Below are positions 44,661-48,570 of a stretch of 48,570 nt of DNA, one piece after another. This stretch comes from Catajapyx aquilonaris. Its lineage: Eukaryota. The notes beneath the pieces are model-generated. The model saw only the letters and a list, made by a program, of their open reading frames with translations. It searched no databases and was not told the origin of the DNA. Positions within the stretch are counted from its first letter, which is position 1, and each line of letters opens with the position of its first letter. Where the stretch lies: NCBI GenBank assembly GCA_000934665.2, contig JYFJ02002947.1, forward strand, positions 1 to 48,570, read 5' to 3'. A program made the position numbers and the translations under genes.

Positions 44661-47600
44661 ATATCAGGCGTCAATGCACTGAACCTGACTGAACTATTTC
44701 ATCCTATTTGTCAGGCTTCCTTGCGAACGTCTGGGGCGCATTGTAAGCCGCATAGTTAGGATAAAGGCTTCCCCTCCCTAAAAAGTATGGTGCCCAAATT
44801 GTCACCATCAACAGTCATGGCATGTTCATTTGATACGATACTGTAACATATTTATAACAATACCTATACCTACCGTGAGAGGCGTGAGTCAGACAATGTT
44901 TTCAGGTACTGCAGCAAGATGGCCCATGAGCTGTCGAGGATGGCGCCCAAAAGCTCTTTATTCTCGGCGGCGACCACGAACGGATCAGACGTACTGGGCT
45001 GCGCTGAGGTCAGTCACCCCCACCCCGTGGTGTAGGGGCCAGTGAACTCGGAGGGGTCGATGGCCGACGACTATCAACCTCCCTTCACATCGAGATGAAG
45101 CTGACGCTGAACACCCAGGGCCGATCATAATAAGTAGGTTACCCTTTTTTTTCGCAGCCGAGGTTTGCCGCAACTAGCCTCGGAGCCCGAATTCGGCGAG
45201 ATTGGACCTGTTTGGAAATCATGGCCAGGCGACAGGGCAGTTGATGGAGGAAATATTTGGGTTGTTTGAAAATTATGTGCTGGGCACAGCAGGTGCTAAT
45301 AATGGTGGGGGGGCTGTTGTGCGAGGCTATAATTGGGGCCAATGACATATCATTGAATGTGGAGGCTTGGACACCGGGGCGGCCCCTAGGGTTAGTCAAA
45401 GTACACTCAGGTTTACTCATAGGGATTATTTATGCCAACCGGTGCTTAAGTGCCAGCGATACAGCGTACGGCAGCATACGATCATGTAGTCCAAATATGC
45501 TTAACTTTTTGTTCGTCATGGCCGGTCATGGCGTTAGTGAGGCAAGATGGCGGGCTTCTTTTGGCGCCAGATCTGACGTCGGGGCTACGGGATTGGATGG
45601 GGGGGCCTTGTTGCGCGGGCTTTCTGGCCAATGAGCATCGAGGAAGCGGCAGATAATAGCTGGCCGTGGAAGGACGGGATTCGCCCCTTTCATCTGTGCG
45701 GTCCCAAGCGAGTCGGAGGTGCCTGCTGTTAGCGATCAGTGACCCCATCCTAGCCCCGGAGCCAATGACTTCTGGGTAGGTGGCCAACAGAGGGGCAGGA
45801 ACCGTCTGTGATATTGGGCAGAACACTGGGCCAATGAACCCGGGGTCGTTGGTCGCCACCGATGAACCTTGGGCAAATCAAAGGAAGTAGGTGGTAGGTC
45901 ACCTTTTAATTCGCAGTCAGCTTTGCTGGGGGGCGGACATGGCGTTTGACTAGTTAGAAGAGTATCGCAGAGCACGGGGCCGAGCTGAGGGCGAGATCGG
46001 GCTTGGTTGGGAATTTATGTCCATGGCAGGGGCGATAGGGGCTGGCGTGTGGCTAGCCTCGCATCACAATAAAAAAAAAGGTGGCGGCATTGATGAAGCA
46101 TCATCGAAGCGGGGAGGAGGCTAGAAAGGAGGCCATCTTGATTCCGAATTGCAAGATGGGCGGATGGGTACACCCCCGGGTTTCCAGTTTGGCCCCGGGG
46201 CGGCCCGTGGGGTTAAGCAAAGTGCATTCAAGATTAGGTTTACTCACAGGGCATACCCTTCTTTTTTTGACCCAATGGCGCATTAGACGTGCTTTTACCG
46301 TGTGTTTCATAACTTAGCTCACATTTACAAAGGCTGTTGAAACACGGTTGAAACGTAGTGGAAGAGAAGGAGATAAATAGGGTACGTCCTTCTGACCGAC
46401 TAAAATTTGGGGTTATTACGGGTTATTATGTTGAAATACTGTAGTACCAATGTGATTCATGTGCGGCGTTTAACCCGATATTATCATCTAATTTTGAAAC
46501 GCACGGCACTCTCGACTTAAAACGAAGTGCACCACATATTTTTACGCGAGTGCTTCTTGGTTAATCAGGTCCTGAGGCAAGTGTTGGAGTGTGCCCCGCG
46601 TCGGGGTCAACAGGTCATCACAGACCGGTAGTTACCCAAGTTGTATCTTTTTTGTCATTTCAGATGGGCCACCTCCAGCGATCTGCAAGCTTCTATTCTG
46701 ATGTTTACCTAAGTCTGGTTTTAACCCTACCTCACCAATGTCCAATGGCATACTTGTGCGAAAGGGGTTCAAAGATATGTGCAGGTGGGAGCGGATTTGG
46801 GCTATGTGACCTTGGTGTAATTATTGCACTGGATAAGGGCTGCTTGGAAAATGTGAGGTAAAAAAAATAAATGATGGGAAATAAATCAATCCACTCAGGT
46901 TGAAACTTGTGAGTGCAGCTGTAGCTGCCCTTGCAAACCGAAGCCACATTTTTATTCGGGATTCAAATAGGGAGAAGGATTCAAGACCGCGATGTCCTGA
47001 CCGGTGTCGACAGTTTGAGCTTATTGCTAATTAATCGAGTTGTATTATACATATTTAGCAGTCCAATGTGACCGATGTCCATGTTATGCCGATTTTTTAA
47101 AAAATTAATTCTCCGACACCATTATTGAACCGGGATCCGCCACAATTGGGCCCATTTATAATTTTTGATTGTATAGTAAACTCTGGGAATTGATGTTAAA
47201 AGATTCAGGTACCATAATATGACAAAAATGTGTCTGGACAAGTTATTAGCGGACAATAAGTTCTTCCAAAGCCGGTAATCATTACACGCCAACGATATAT
47301 ATTTTGTTAAAATTTCACGAGACAAAGCTTGCAAATTCATCATTACAATTGAGCACGATGGACTAGAATGAACCCGGAGGACATAATTAAAATTACGTTG
47401 CTGCTTTTGTGTGTAGGACTAACCGAATAAATCCGGCTCGTAAATTATTGAAATTATGCAACCCGTTTCATGTTGCCTTCTGCTGACGTATGCATTTCTG
47501 CCACACTTACCGTGTTAACCAACTGAACCTCAGACTTTTGAATTTCATTCTTGGGACGCAAGTCAATCGACATCTGGCTGGCGTATATACATGCCAACCT

Positions 47601-48570
47601 AAACTCAGAGGCTCTCTTTACTGAAACATTGCAAGAGTTTTGCATTTGTGCGACTCTAATAACACCAGGTAATCAGATACATTTCTTCTGATAATGCCAA
47701 TATTATTAGTATGGCGCCACCACTAAATACAATAAAGTCTGATTGCTTACAGAAATAGCCGTCGTCGGAAGCTGAGAAGCGGGGAATGCGGCATGTCATT
47801 GTTATAGGATTATTGTGTGTTTTATCCTTGATACCCGGCACCCATGACCCCTCAATAACCTTAAACCTACTGTTGTTATTTCCTCCTGGGCCCAGGATTA
47901 CACTGTGCATGGTTGTTACTTTTATATGTTATTAATATTGGCATTATCAGAACAATGGTTTGATACTGGAGGTAATAGTGATCGTTAATAGCACAACCTC
48001 ATTTATTTATGTATGTATTTATTTATTTAAAGATCATACTCTGCAGAATCAGTTCTGTAGTATGATTGAATGAACTCTATTGAACCAACTAGAGAGTCTG
48101 AGTCTGACATATGGGAGATTAAAAAGAACAGAGAGTGGCGGAGAGTGCGAAAAAAAAGGGTGGGCATATAATAAATGTTAATAGTGAGAAGGGCTCTTTT
48201 ACATGACACCAGGAACAGACTTACTCACTGTCGAAATAAATTATATGTCCTAACAATAAGGATAAACTATAGGTGAACTATGGCGAAGGTTGATCAGTAA
48301 ACGAGTGATTTTAATCGGGGTAAGGAAATCAAAATAGTAGGCACCCGTGTGAGGAGGACGCAGGTCGCGATAGTTCTCTTGGGATCTATGGAGTCAGAAA
48401 TATATTGTTTGGATGGCTGTGGGTATAGAGAAAGATTCAAGGGTGGCACCACCATTATTACTCTGGTGGATGCTGAAGTACTTGACCAGGAATGCGAATG
48501 TTTTAAGTTTCCCGGAATGTTTCAAACTATGTCACTTCAGTGCAGCGCCGTATACAGGATTTTTGTTCGG

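Overview
Eukaryotic genomic DNA from an arthropod-like invertebrate. Most introns are short (about 55-70 bp) GT-AG introns; a non-insect arthropod is plausible but cannot be proven from this window. The left part (1-28 kb, + strand) is a tandem innate-immunity-type cluster. It holds two paralogous giant secreted proteins in which a ModSP/HP14-type module (6-Cys Sushi/'Wonton'-like domain plus an active chymotrypsin-type serine protease) is embedded between arrays of C-type lectin domains; the complete copy has 6 CTLDs before and 10 after the protease. These are followed by a Sushi-protease with a (Pro-Thr-Arg)17 tail, two catalytically dead protease homologues (one with a 10-Cys tail), and a small OBP-like gene on the - strand. 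The right part (29.6-48.6 kb) is a rearranged, repeat-rich segment with GC-richer coding sequence. It contains two 5'-truncated RPL18A copies that each carry two intronic H/ACA snoRNAs, a Merlin transposase remnant, a tRNA-SINE and two related ~120-bp tandem arrays. It also contains an intact TGFBRAP1/Vps3-like gene with a decayed fragment of it nearby, and a junction fusing the 5' part of mitochondrial ProRS (PARS2) to the 3' pseudokinase half of Wsck. Many fold-back MITEs sit in introns. Exon models were built by hand and exact boundaries are approximate.
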